64,000 nucleotides of DNA from Chrysomallon squamiferum (lineage: Eukaryota; Animalia; Mollusca), in NCBI GenBank assembly GCA_012295275.1, contig CM022674.1, positions 4,774,001-4,838,000 of the forward strand. The letters run 5' to 3'. The stretch's first letter is position 1, and each line of letters starts with the position of its first letter. Under the pieces are notes generated by a model that made no database searches, was not told where the DNA came from, and was given only the letters and a program-made list of their open reading frames with translations. A program made the position numbers and the translations under genes. This document shows, piece by piece, positions 1 to 13,580 of the stretch.

Positions 1-129
1 AACTAATGAGTATATCTAACTAATTAACATCCTCTAATTATCTCAACGACTAAAGCAGCCTCACTCCGACCCCTCATCTGCACTTGCGCACACCCTCTCG
101 TGTTTTCAGTCAACAAGTTCAATGGTTCT

Positions 130-420
130 AGCAACCAAAATGGCGTCGTCCAAGTTTCCGTACCGGAAACGAAAAATGTTCGTTAGCAGCGAGTCACAGA
201 GACGTGAAAGAGAAGAAGCTGATTAGAGGTGGCGAGTCCTTTTTCGATGGAGTAAATGCCAGGATATTAGCCGTCATGTTCATAAAAAAAAATCAATAGA
301 ATAACTACTCTAATCGAAATATTGACATGCTCGCGGATACGCATTATAATGCGGAGGCCATTTTGGAGAGCGTCATGGAAACGACGATGGATGGACGCGT
401 CTAAAACGCGGACGGGTGAC
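130..420. promoter_or_regulatory. CpG-rich promoter-like island with opposed YY1-type motifs
   Basis: CAAAATGGCG at 136-145 and GCCATTTTG at 357-365 are YY1-type motifs in opposite orientations. There is also a TTTCCG-tac-CGGAAA ETS-like inverted pair near 155-169. The ATG at 140 opens only 28 codons (MASSKFPYRKRK..., stop at 226). Confidence 0.35.
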
Positions 421-466
421 AGACAGTTTGGGATCTTTAGGAAAATATGTTTTGTTATTTCTTTTC

Positions 467-509
<43 letters not shown>

Positions 510-1059
510 TTTATTAATTATAAATGTTTTTTTTTTCTGTTTGGTTTATTTATTTATTTATTTATTTAATCATTTTTTTGTTATTGCTATTTATTTTATT
601 TATATTCTTCTTCTTCTTCTTTCTTCTTCTAATTAATATTAAAGCAAATATAATCTTTATTTTCGGTCTTTTCTTAAAATACTTCTTACTTGTTATATTT
701 ACTTAGTTAATTTTTTTTTTTTTTTTTTTTTTAATCAACTCAAATCAACGTTGCCTAAATTACCACTACTGCTGCTACTACTACTACTACTACTAATACT
801 AATACTGATATTATCACTACCTCTACTACTACTACTACAACAACTATTATTATTATTATTATTATTATTATTATCATTATTATTATCATCATAATCATCA
901 TCATCATCATTTCTTTCAAATATACATCCCACAGCAAAGAAAAAGGGAAAAAAAAAAAATAAAATCAAAAATATCACAACGTCAAAACGACATTTCATCC
1001 AACGCCACATCATCAAGTTCGATAACTTCGACGCGTTGACGTTCACCAGATCTGTCACG

Positions 1060-1165
1060 ACTGAAAAGGCGGGAAAACAAACACGTGATCCGGTAAATCC
1101 GGTAATTGGACAGCCGGAAGCCGTACACGTGCGTCTAATTTCGTCGCGAGAAGTGTAAGGTAAGA
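1060..1165 (+). promoter_or_regulatory. Candidate promoter / short non-coding first exon ending at a splice donor
   Basis: E2F-type GGCGGGAAAA (1068), two CACGTG E-boxes (1082, 1126), ETS CCGGAAG (1114) and TCGCGAGA (1144) lie within 100 bp. They are followed by AAG|GTAAGA at 1159/1160. Confidence 0.4.
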
Positions 1166-1331
1166 GCTTTTTCGGAAAGCAGCGGTAACTTCTTTGGCTT
1201 CGTCGATGTGCGATTTGTTTTTCTTAGAAAATTGTTAGTGCGTCTGATTAACAAGTTAAACTCATATAATTTATACATTTAGAAAAAGAATTTTTTTTTT
1301 TTTTTTTTTTTTTGGAATGATGTAAAGAATA

Positions 1332-1393
1332 GAAGAAGAAGAAGAAGAAGAAGAAGAAGAAGAAGAAGAAGAAGAAGAAGAAGAAGAAGAAGA
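1332..1393. repeat. (AAG)n microsatellite
   Basis: Direct reading. Confidence 0.95.
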
Positions 1394-2379
1394 AAAATGG
1401 TAGAACAATTAAGTTACTAAGAAGAAACAAAAGAAGACGAAATCGTTGAAAAAGAATAGAAAGTATATCTTGACAATGGTGATGATGATTATGATGATGA
1501 CGAAGATGATGATGATGATGATAATGATTAGGATGAGACGTATGAATCAGAAGAATGAAAAAAAGAAGAAATTCAGGAAAAGAAAACGAGTACGATGATA
1601 ATCAAGAAAAGAAAGAAAAAGAAAAAAAATATATCGAGAACTCTGCTTTGTGATTATTTACTTATTTATTTGTTTGTTTGTTTGTTTGTTTGTTTGTCTG
1701 TTTGTTTGTATGTCTGTTTATCTATTTATTATTTGCTTATTTATTTATTTTTTGTCTATTATTTATTTACTTATTCGGAAAATCAATACTGCATTTGTTT
1801 CTACGCAAATCAATCTTTTTTTCTAGTTTTCTAATAGTTTAAACTAATTTTAACATCATTTCACTTTTTAATTAAATTATTTCTCTCTCTCTCTCTCTTA
1901 TACACACACAAATATATATATATATATTTCTGAGATCAGTTATCTATTTTCAATTTCTCCTTTATTATGTTTATTTTTTTTTTTTAATTTAATTTGTATT
2001 ATTACTCTTTTCTACTGATTACTTTTTAAAGCAAGGAATATGTATCAATTAACCTACTTTCCATATTCAGAACACTCATATATCAGATTACCATCAATCA
2101 GTCTCTCGCTCAAGCGCGCCTTGCCTGGACAGACAACCTACAAATCTGAACCACGGTCAACGACAATTCGATTTGATTAAGAGTCCTTATGAAAATATTT
2201 TCTAAATAACCATTTGAATTATCCAGAACACCTACACATTCACAAATATGGAGATTACATGCACACGTATAATATACAGACATGTACATTCATACATACA
2301 TACATACATATATACATACATACATGCATACGTACATATGTACATACATGCATTCAAACATACATAAGTAGATAAATAT

Positions 2380-2680
2380 CAGAGAAAGATAGAGAATCAG
2401 AAACAGACAGACAGAAAGAGAATCAGAGAGAGACAGACAGACACAGAGATAATCAGAGATAGAAAAAGTATATGAGACAAGCAGACAGAAAGTGAATCAC
2501 AGACAGAAAGAAAGAGAACAGACAGACGGACAGAAAGAGAATCACAGACAGAAAGAAAGAGAATCAGAGACAGACGGACAGAAAGAGAATCAGAGACAGA
2601 CAGAAAGTGAAGCAAAAACAGACAGAGAATCAGAGACAGACAGAAAGAAAGAGAATCAAAGAAAGACAGAGAATTATATC
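2380..2680. repeat. Degenerate purine-rich ~30 bp minisatellite (AGAATCAGAGACAGACAGACAGAAAG-like)
   Basis: Recurrent GAATCAGAGA/GAATCACAGA blocks separated by CAGA/GAAA units. Confidence 0.8.
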
Positions 2681-2760
2681 AGATGGAAGAGTAAAAAATT
2701 TTAAAAAAAAACAACAATGAAACAGAGAAGCTGATTTGAACCAAACGGCTCCAGGCACAC

Positions 2761-2791
2761 GCCCTGCCCTGCCCTGCCCTGCCCTGCCCCC
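2761..2791 (-). repeat. (GCCCT)n pentanucleotide; G-quadruplex-forming on minus strand
   Basis: The minus strand reads GGGGGCAGGGCAGGGCAGGGCAGGGCAGGGC, six G-runs with 2-nt loops. Confidence 0.8.
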
Positions 2792-3454
2792 ACCAAAATC
2801 ATCCGCTGGACCCGCCCTGGTATAATTAAGCAAAGAAAGATCTTGAAATGAAGAACAAGACGAAACGAGCACCTGCGCCTCGCGCTAATTTGCTGATTGT
2901 TAAAAACTTTCTTAACTGACGCGTTGAAGATCTCTTAAAGCCGCGTTCTCACTTGTACGACTTACAGAAACGCCCTCTGTTCGACTGTGTGAGGCGAAGA
3001 AATAACGGAACGATATTACTTAATGTGTGTGGAATTTACCACGCCCGCCCCCCCCCCCCACACACACACAAAAAGAAACAATTCTGAAGGCGTTTTTGCG
3101 TCTTTCAGTCTTGTATATACGACGATTTTTTGCGTGAGTAAAATTAAAAGGATTTCTTAAGATAGTTATTGATGGTGTTTCTTCGAAATAAACGGAACAA
3201 AGAAATTGATATGTGTAGAATATTTAAGAACAAATGAAAGAAATTGATGATGACTTTAGCAACCACAGTGACAACAACAACATAACAATAATAATAATAT
3301 AGTAGAAGAAGAAGAAAAGAAGAAGAAGAAGAACAAGAACAAGAAGAACAAGAACAAGAACAAGAAGAAGAACAAGAACAAGAACAAGATGAAGACTTTT
3401 ATATTTACATGTCGTATTAATAAATCCGGTTTCTTTTTCTTTTGGTTTTTCCAG

Positions 3455-3747
3455 TATGATGACAGTGTACGTTAAAAGACGGTTCGAGAAATTGCCTAGA
3501 GTGAACGCGCATTTATACTAACTTCGTTATTTCTCTGATATCGAAATTGTCCTTCAAGTCGTCTGGTGTCAATGCTCCTAATTTCAGACGTATTCACAAT
3601 AGTGTTCCATTATGTTGGATGTCGCTGCAAGAAGTTTCGTAGTGTGAACGATGCTTAAGACAAATGGGATTCTAATTTAGATTTTCTAACAGTGCAAAAT
3701 GTTGGTAGGAAACGTCGTACTCTGAAAACGAGTCTTTAGTTCTTGAA
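3455..3747 (+). other. Possible non-coding internal exon
   Basis: Strong acceptor TTCTTTTTCTTTTGGTTTTTCCAG| at 3454 and donor GAA|GTGAGT at 3747/3748. Stops occur in all frames. Splice-signal evidence only. Confidence 0.2.
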
Positions 3748-3976
3748 GTGAGTATTCAAAGTTCACACAAAAAATTATTTGGATTATTATTATTTATTTT
3801 TTATTTAATTTTTATGTTGTTTGTATTTTTGGTGGGTTTTTTTGATGATGTTTTTTTTTCATTTATTTTTTATTTGTTGTTGTTTTTCCTTAAGATAAAG
3901 AAAAAGCGAATGTTTTTGATATCCGTAGTTTTGTCGTAAACGAACAGCTGGAAATAACATGTGTCTCCAACTTGTG

Positions 3977-4400
<424 letters not shown>

Positions 4401-4449
4401 TGTCTCACAAAAAAACAGTCATATGTACACTATCATTTGTGATATAAAG

Positions 4450-4450
<1 letters not shown>

Positions 4451-4512
<62 letters not shown>

Positions 4513-4630
4513 GTTCAACATCATCATCATTATCATCATCATCATTATTGTTATTATTATTATTATTATTATTTCTGTTGTTGTTGTCGTCGTCGTTGAT
4601 GTTAATGCTGTTGTCGTCGACGTCGTTATC
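4451..4630. repeat. Compound (ATT)n/(CAT)n/(GTT)n microsatellite
   Basis: Direct reading. Confidence 0.9.
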
Positions 4631-5113
4631 ATTAGCTTTCTTTAATAAACGAACATGTCAGTCATTACGAACTCACTTTCCGCTGTCATCGTAATTCAGA
4701 AGCAATTATTGCAAGGTGTAGCTTCATTTCGAGTCCACCTTTTGACCGCCATTTGCATAAAATATTTCAGTTGCATACAACAACCGCGTTTCTTCAGTTG
4801 GCAGCTTCTCATTCTCAGACGGGCTCGCAAGTTCTCGACAAAAGCCAATGACGTGTCAAGAACAGGTTCAACCACTCGATAAAGTGTCGTTAAGAAAGCA
4901 AATGACACAAAATTCGTCGTAAACAGTAACAGTAATAATAGCAAACACTTGTCAAACTGCCGTTAAGAAAAATTTAAAAAAAAAAAATGATTAAAAGGAA
5001 AGAAAAGAAAGCATAATCTAAATAACCGTACGTGTTTTTTTTTTGTTTTTTTTTTTTTGAAATAATAATAATAACTGTAAAAAGCCAGAGATTACTTTAA
5101 AAAAAATAATAAT

Positions 5114-5256
5114 AATACTGTCAATGTTATTATTATTAGGATAATGATCATAATAATGATGATCGTTATAACTGTTGTTGTTGTTATATTGTGTTGTTTT
5201 CTTCTTATCATTTTTATTTATTTATTTATTTATTTATTTCAGTAGTAGTGTCAGTT
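5114..5256 (+). repeat. Local direct duplication, copy 1 (partner 6591-6766)
   Basis: Both copies share AATACTGTCA.TGTTATTATTATTAGGATAAT...GATGATCGTTATAACTGTTG...TTTTCTTCTTATCATTTT...CAGTAGTAGTGTCAGTT. Confidence 0.9.
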
Positions 5257-5333
5257 TTTCTATCTGTCTATCATATATATATAATTATTATTATTATTAT
5301 TATTTTATTTTATTTATTTATTATAATTATTAC

Positions 5334-5382
<49 letters not shown>

Positions 5383-5682
5383 CAAATAAAATCTTCCTGC
5401 TACATCTATTACCACTACTATTGCTGTAACTACTACTTTTACCACATCACTAACAGTATCACCACCATTACCGTGATTATTACAACTACAACTACCACTA
5501 CAGCTACTGTTACTTCAAGTATTACCACTATTATTATTACTATTTCAACTATCACCACTATTACTATTTCTACTATCACCACTATTCTATTACTATTTCA
5601 ACTATCACCACTATTACTATTTTAACAAATAGTAGTTTTTATTTTGTACATCGATCCATCTAAATTAGCTATCTTCTTCTAC

Positions 5683-5750
<68 letters not shown>

Positions 5751-5989
5751 CTCTCTCTCTCTTTCTATATGTGCGCGTCTTCGTATCTATATACTTATCT
5801 CTCGATCACTCTATCAGCAGATACACGATACAGAACATATTCCGTCACAAAAAAAAAAAAAAAAAAATTTCTAACGAGGCTGAGCGCAGACGTAACCTTT
5901 CATTGTCATTCACGTGTTTCTGAGGAGAAGAATTTTCCTTCTGATAAATTACTTTCGCCGCTGGCCGTATATTAACACGCTTGTATTCA

Positions 5990-6001
5990 CCGGAAGTGAC
6001 G
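5990..6001 (+). promoter_or_regulatory. Overlapping ETS / CRE half-site composite (CCGGAAGTGACG)
   Basis: Exact motif within a CpG-rich island at 5870-6110. Motif match only. Confidence 0.3.
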
Positions 6002-6590
6002 ACAGCGTTATCGCTTTTGGCGGCTACGGATTATAAATACCAGTCTAAGTGTGGTGTCATAATCTCTGACGGTGAACCAGTCGAAATTATTTCTGATATT
6101 TCTCGTTGAAAAAAAAAAAAAACGAAAAAAAAAAGCAAAAAAAAAGCAGAAATTAAGAAAGAATGTAAAGGGAAGAGATATAAAGCGAAGAGATAGAAAT
6201 GAGAATGGAGACAATGAAGCAGACAAAAATTACATAAAAAAAAAAAATTTACAATAAAATTAAATTGGTTTAAAATGTTGATGTTTCGCATATGTGACTG
6301 GGACGCCCAAACAGACAGATATAAATAAAGATCGAGATACAATGACTATAACCGAGGCAGACACTCTCAATCACGCAGTTACATTATAAAAATAAAATAC
6401 CTCCGGTGAAAGCAAGCACTCGATAATGAATGACCCAGTACATTTTAATTTCACGTTGGTACACGTGTCTGTTAGAATACGTTTACTGCAGACTGCAATT
6501 GTGTTTTACTTTCTATTTTTTTCTTCTTTTTCTTGTGTTTGTTTTGTTTGTTTGTTGTTGTTTTTGTTTGATTTTTTTTTTTTTTTTTTA

Positions 6591-6699
6591 AATACTGTCA
6601 TTGTTATTATTATTAGGATAATAATAATAGTAATGATGATCGTTATAACTGTTGTTGTTGTTGTTGTTGTTATATTGTGCTGTTTTCTTCTTATCATTT

Positions 6700-6746
<47 letters not shown>

Positions 6747-6766
6747 TTTCAGTAGTAGTGTCAGTT
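6591..6766 (+). repeat. Local direct duplication, copy 2 (partner 5114-5256)
   Basis: Same unique anchors as copy 1, with longer (GTT)n and (TTTA)n tracts. Confidence 0.9.
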
Positions 6767-6786
6767 ATCTGTCACTTTTTCTTCTA

Positions 6787-6830
<44 letters not shown>

Positions 6831-7674
6831 CATATATACATATATATCTATATCTATCTATCTATATGTATATATGTATGTATATATATATACGTATGTA
6901 TGTATGTATGTGTGTGTGTTTTTATGTATACAAGCTTGCACCATCATTCAAACAATAATAAACATTCTATGACACTGATGAATCTGTCGAATCTTTCGCT
7001 GGAGAGGAAAACACGCGAAAATCTGCACAGAGTAGGATCGAACCTCAGAGCTGACATATTCCATAACGACTGAAATATATTCTGTTTATTTTCCATTTAC
7101 ACTCTTTTTTTTCCTTCTTCTTCTTCTTTTCTTTTCTTATTTTCTCTTTTTTGCCCCGTTTTGCTACAACAAAAAGACTTCTTGTTCTCCAACGCAAAAC
7201 GGAAACCATAAAAAGACGATGAAACCTAACAGTTTCCTTTTTTGTCAGTGACGAAATATCTCTCTTCAAACTACGATTTCATGTTCGTTCAATATAATAA
7301 TACATCGACCTTGAAAAATAAAAATAAAAATAATAAAAAATAAAATAAATAAATAACACCGAGTGTAGTCTCTGTCTTTTGGTAAAAGCCCAGAGAATTA
7401 GAAAAAAAAAAAAAAAAAAAAACAGCACTTCAAAATTTGCTAAGCTGGCTGCACTTTTTGAAGAAAAAAAAAATATAAAAAAAAATTGATGAAGGACTGA
7501 AGGCTTAAGACACTTTGTATGAAGAGGATACACTTTTAAACTGACAAGCTATCCATAAAAAATATTAATATGCTGTTAATCAGACGCAGTATGAAATAGG
7601 TTCTGTAAAAAAATCGGCAGAGTAATTTAGGATTCGTCGGTTTTAAATTTATTGATATTTTTTACATGTGCATG

Positions 7675-8365
7675 AAAATTTTGCGCACTGAGGTGAATTT
7701 TGGAGTGTTTTGTACTCTGAAATTCTCAAAACTCGTTATGTGAGTGACATTTTACTTTTGCGCAGATACGTTGCGCACTTTTGTAATGGATCATTTGTAA
7801 CGCCCACTGCTATTACGCAGTGGGTTATTTATATTGCGCAGTTGATGCTATTTCATGCAGCTCTTTCTGGCATAACTTATATTACTTAATGGGTGATTTG
7901 TTATATTTTTGCTATTTTCTACTTTTCATTATCATTTTTTTAATTTATTAATTTATTTACTTATTTATTTATTTATTTATTTCAATAGTAGTTTCAATAG
8001 TATTTCAATAGTATTTAATGGGTAATTTCTAACGCAGATGATAATAATTAACAGCTAACACGTTGCGCACTTAATATAATTTTATTGATGATTTTTAGCG
8101 CACATGATATTACTTATTCATTGATATTTTGATGACGTCATATTACTTATGGACTGAATGTTGCTGACGTCATATTACTTACTGAGCGATATGTTGCGCA
8201 GTTGGTGTTATTTAACGGACGTCATATTACACAGTACTGCGCAATGAATGTTATTTTATGGTGTTATATTGCGCGCGTAATATGCTGTACAATGATTCTC
8301 CGTATTCATAGTGAATATTTAAATATAAGGTGATTTTGTGGGTTAATTTTCTACAATTGCGCATT
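7675..8365. repeat. Highly degenerate minisatellite rich in TTGCGCA and GACGTCATATTAC
   Basis: About 8 TGCGCA motifs. GACGTCATATTAC occurs at 8134, 8166 and 8218, with a period of roughly 32 bp in the best-preserved part. Confidence 0.6.
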
Positions 8366-8858
8366 ATCTCAATAAATTTCACAAAAATTTGCATGCGTCA
8401 CTGTCATGATTAAAGTACTGCATTTCAAGAGAGAAAAAAAAAAAGAACAGAATGGAAATAAATTAAAAGAAAATACATTCACACAGAAAGAAAGAAAGAA
8501 AAAAAAAAAAAAAAAGACAAGATGGAAAAGAAAAATCCCACAAGCATCGATCCTCTGACCCTAAGGACTTCAGTGAAATCTCATTAACTTTTACGTCAAA
8601 TATAAATTGAATACTGTTAAGGTCGTTGTCTTGAAACGTTATTAATATCGTCGAATTTTAAGTGATTAATTATTGTTGTGGAACTTTTTAATTTTTTTTT
8701 AAAAATTTTAAAATTTTTTTTTTTTTTTTTGCTTTTCTTTATCTATGTCCATGTCATTACTGTTCATTCTGTTCATGCTTCACTGATTTTCTTGTTTCAA
8801 ATTCTTCTTCATTTTATTCCTTCGTTCCTTCGTTTCTTTTGGTGGAAATAAAAATGCC

Positions 8859-8860
<2 letters not shown>

Positions 8861-8956
<96 letters not shown>

Positions 8957-9115
8957 GAAGATGGTATAAAAAAAAAGAGACAGGAAAACGGAGAAGGAAT
9001 GACAAAGAGAGAGAGAGACAAAGAAAGTGAGAGCGACTGACTGAACGAGAAACAGAAACAGAGACAGACAGAGACAGAGTGACAGAGCGACAGAGATGGA
9101 GAGAGACAGAGAAAG
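8861..9115. repeat. (GA)n and GA/CAGA-rich tract
   Basis: Direct reading. Confidence 0.9.
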
Positions 9116-9660
9116 TGATAATCACCGAGATGAAGTTTCTGTGTCATTTTTTTTTTGAAAAATTTATTCCTGTGCACAAACGTTCTGCTTACTGACATAC
9201 ATAATCTTTGAAACGCGATCGTTTTTTTTTTTATATTTTTATTTTTATTTCTATACGTCAAGTTAAACTCACATTGTACGGAAAACACAGACAGAAAGAC
9301 AAAGACGTAAATTATCTGACGAGTCTATAATCTGATCGAGACTCGTCAACAACCGACAGCGTTCCGTAGCTGCACACGACTCCGTCAGCGGTATCTTTCT
9401 GCCGATGATTTCTTTCTTTTATTGAAACCACGTCGGCTGCTACAGCGATAACAAAAGAAGGCAACGTTTTTATCTGCACCGCTGTATGCCCCGATTATTT
9501 CTTTTATTGGAATCTTATCGATTCAAATTCCAAGTGAAACAAAAGCGCCACAAAACGAAAACCCACAGAAATCACGTGTGTGCAAAACCCCAGATATACG
9601 ATTCGACTTTGATGGACAGTGCTCAAAATACGGTCAGACGTTTCAGGTCTTGCGTGACAA

Positions 9661-9696
<36 letters not shown>

Positions 9697-9758
9697 CTTA
9701 TTTTTAGGATTTGATTGATTTCATTGCACAAAAAAAAAAAAAATTGGGTTTGACATAC

Positions 9759-9835
<77 letters not shown>

Positions 9836-10597
9836 TAGATAGATAGATAGATACATACATAGATATATATATATATAGATATATATATATATATATATAT
9901 GTATATGTACATACATACATATAAACATACATACATACATAGATAGATACATACATACATTCATACATACATACATATATAAAGACATACTCTAGTGTAT
10001 GAACGAAATTATTAAAAATATTATAACAAAACAAAAAAATCCTATAGACTAGCTGTATATGCTGCAAATAAAACATAAACTTAAATACCTTTCTGTGGTT
10101 TTATCGCTATATTTCTAAATCTGAAACACTTCTGCTACGTATATTTTTGTCTCTTTATAATCATTATTTTATTTTTTAGTTGTTTTTTTTTGTTGTTGTT
10201 AGTTTCTTTTTTTCTTTCTTTAACATTTTTATTTATTCATTTATTTTATTTAATCTTTATATTATTTTTATTGTTATTATTTTCTTTTATTTTTTTTTTT
10301 TTTTTTTAATTATTTATTTATTTATTTATTTTAAGCGTGATACGAACTTAAGTGAACTCTCTGATGGATTTAAAGAGATCAGTCGACGACTCAGACCTAT
10401 CACGTGACTCAAGTGCCAAGTGAGTGTAATTAATTATTCAGAACACTTTCTGTAATCTTGTTAGTTATACCAGAGCACTGCTTGTCCCCAGAGCACACAT
10501 ATTTCATTATTTAAAGATTCAAAAATACAAAAATCGAACACTGTTATATGGGCGGTATCAAATGTCTGTCATACCGAAAGACAGAAAGAAAGAGATT

Positions 10598-10604
<7 letters not shown>

Positions 10605-10629
<25 letters not shown>

Positions 10630-10636
10630 ACGAGAG

Positions 10637-10729
<93 letters not shown>

Positions 10730-10949
10730 GAGAGAGATTGATTGATTGATTGATATATGGAAAAATGTATTATTCTGTGTGTGTAAATGTGTGTACATAC
10801 ATATGTACATATAAGTATACATATATATGTGTGTGTGTGTATTGGGGGTATGTATATTTGCCTAACATTCCAAAGCACAAAATAATATTCTACCCTTCTA
10901 ACAGAGAGACTGATAGATAGATAGACAGACAGACAGACAGATAGACAGA

Positions 10950-10985
<36 letters not shown>

Positions 10986-11103
10986 TAGACAGATAGATAG
11001 ATAGATAGACAGACAGATAGATAGACAGATAGACAGATATTGACAGACAGACAGACAGATAGATAGATACATAGGTAGATAGATATAGACGACAGACAGA
11101 CAG

Positions 11104-11192
<89 letters not shown>

Positions 11193-11280
11193 AACATAGA
11201 TAGATATAGACAGGTAGATAGGTAGGTAGGTATGTGTGTACGTACATACATACCTAGGTAGACAGACATAATTAGATAGA
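10605..11280. repeat. (GA)n, (AT/GT)n and long (TAGA)/(CAGA)n compound microsatellite
   Basis: Direct reading. It accounts for the LSLS/YLSI ORFs. Confidence 0.9.
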
Positions 11281-12069
11281 GAGAAAAACAGATACAGAAC
11301 TAGAAAGACTGAGAAACAAACAAGGACGGTTAAGAGTGTTTCAAGAATTAATATTTACGTGTTATTTATTGAACTTCTGTCATCTATTTCTTTTTCCACT
11401 TTTTTCCCCATTTCGTTCTTGTTGCCTTAAGCATGGACATTTCTCACTACAGAAAATAATATCTTTAGATTTATCCTTGTCTTTCTTTCATGCAAATTAC
11501 AGCCTTGGTACTCTTCTGTCAATTTCGATCCAAAAAATTTAAAAATTAAAAACAATTATGACTGCTTCTTGATTGATTAGGTTTTTATTGTTTATGAACT
11601 GAAGCTGTTGGTAGAAGTTTTTATTTCGTTGTAGTATTGTTGTGTTTTTTAGGGTTTTTCTGGTGTGTTTTTTTATACTTTCCTGAACGTAATTAAAAAG
11701 TTTTTTTCTGTAATCCATTTTCTCAAATATTTGCATAACAAATTGGTATTTCAGGATCAGGCTGCTTTCTGAATATGTTTCGTAATTTGCCTAAATGAAA
11801 AGGAAAGCGCTGTTGTTTCCTGGTCTAGTTTTTCTTGACCTTTCACATTTTCAATTTGCTTCTGCATTTTGTTTTTTAATTGTCTCATTTTTTTTTTTTT
11901 TTTTTATTCGTATTCATTCCTTCATCCTTCGCTCATTGTTTCTTTCGTTTATTCATCGAGTGCAGAATTAATCAGGAAACCAGACAGGATTAGATAATTC
12001 GATAAAAAAAATAAAAAATAATATAAAAGTTTTTGCTAGGTAGTCATGATTACGTCAATAGTTGATTAT

Positions 12070-12661
12070 TATAAGAAAGAAGTTATTCATCAACTGTTGA
12101 TATTTCCCAGTAAAGCATTATTTGTTCATCAACATTTACTTCTTATAAGTTACATGGACATTAGCGGTTTATATTAACGAGTAAGAAGTTATCAACACAT
12201 CAACTATTGATATTTTCCTGTAATAAGTTACGTGTGTATCAGATGTTGATATTTACCTGCAACAAGTTATGTGTATATCATTTGTTGATGTTTATAAATA
12301 AGATGTTACGATATATCATATGCTAATGCTTACAAGTAGGAAGTTTGGAATACGTCAAATGTGATATTTATCAGTAAGAAGTTACGACTACATCACGTAT
12401 TTATAAATATATGTGTATGTGTGTTTGTGTGTGTGTGTGTAAGAAGTTACGAGTACGTCAAATATTGATATTTACAAGTAAGAAGTTACGATTACATTAC
12501 GTATTGATATATATATATGTAAGAAGTTACGAGTACGTCAAATATTGATATTTACAACTAAGTTACGATTACATCACGTATTGATATCTATGTGTAAGAA
12601 GTTACGAGTACGCCAAATATTTATGTTTACAAGTAAGAAGTTACGATTACGTTACGTTACG

Positions 12662-12692
<31 letters not shown>

Positions 12693-12832
12693 AAGAAGTT
12701 ACGAGTACGTCAAATATTGATATTTACAACTAAGTTACGATTACGTCACGCATTGATATCTATGCGTAAGAAGTTACGAGTACCTCAAATTGTGATGTGT
12801 GTGTAAGACGTTACGAGCATGTCAAGTTACGT
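12070..12832. repeat. ~39 bp minisatellite with alternating A/B monomers
   Basis: A = GTAAGAAGTTACGAGTACGTCAAATATTGATATTTACAA and B = GTAAGAAGTTACGATTACATCACGTATTGATAT.... The array is well conserved at 12373-12830 and degenerate to the left. Confidence 0.9.
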
Positions 12833-13352
12833 CCAAGGCCACAGACGTAAAGTCGAAGTAAACAGAATATATCAAGTCTTTTTTTTTAAAAGACAGAGAT
12901 GACAGTAAATAATAACAACATCTGCACTTACCAATAGTCTATAATTACAAAACATGGTTTGAGAAAAAATGACACAGTTATTTCATAAGTAGCATACGAA
13001 GCCTTGAAATGTTTTCAAACCGAAGATTAAAGCAGTAGCAAAAAAAAAAAGTAGGTTAACTATCGTGGTAGAGGAGGGAGGGATAATTAAATTGCTTACT
13101 TTTTACGTTTCTGTAACCTTGACAACTAAAGTACGTTTTTCGGTTTTAAACGCGGTTCTCTCTTCGGCAAACGTCGTCAATCTTTACTGCGGTACTTCGC
13201 TTTTCTTCCGACGGCGGAAGGACTCTTTCGTAATTTGCCGCGTGGTTATTATTCGAGTTTCACGGGCTCTAAGTAAAAATTCATGTCACATCAGACGTCT
13301 GTTGTGTTTACGCAGGAAAAGTCCTAGCTGGCTGCGATGTCGCCGAATCTTT

Positions 13353-13366
13353 GTTGCTATGGTTAC
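13353..13366. promoter_or_regulatory. RFX X-box-like motif
   Basis: GTTGCTATGGTTAC versus consensus GTTGCCATGGCAAC, in a CpG-rich island. Motif match only. Confidence 0.35.
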
Positions 13367-13543
13367 GGAAGGTGGTTATCGTTTGGGTATATTTTTATTA
13401 TTTTTTCTTTTATTATTATTTTTTATTTTTTTATTTTTTATTTATTTTTATCTTGCTACAAATTCAGTCTGAACTAACTTTTCGTATAGATGAGATTAAT
13501 ATATTAGTTTTATGGTCTCGAGAAAAAAAAAATCCTTTTTTTC

Positions 13544-13580
<37 letters not shown>

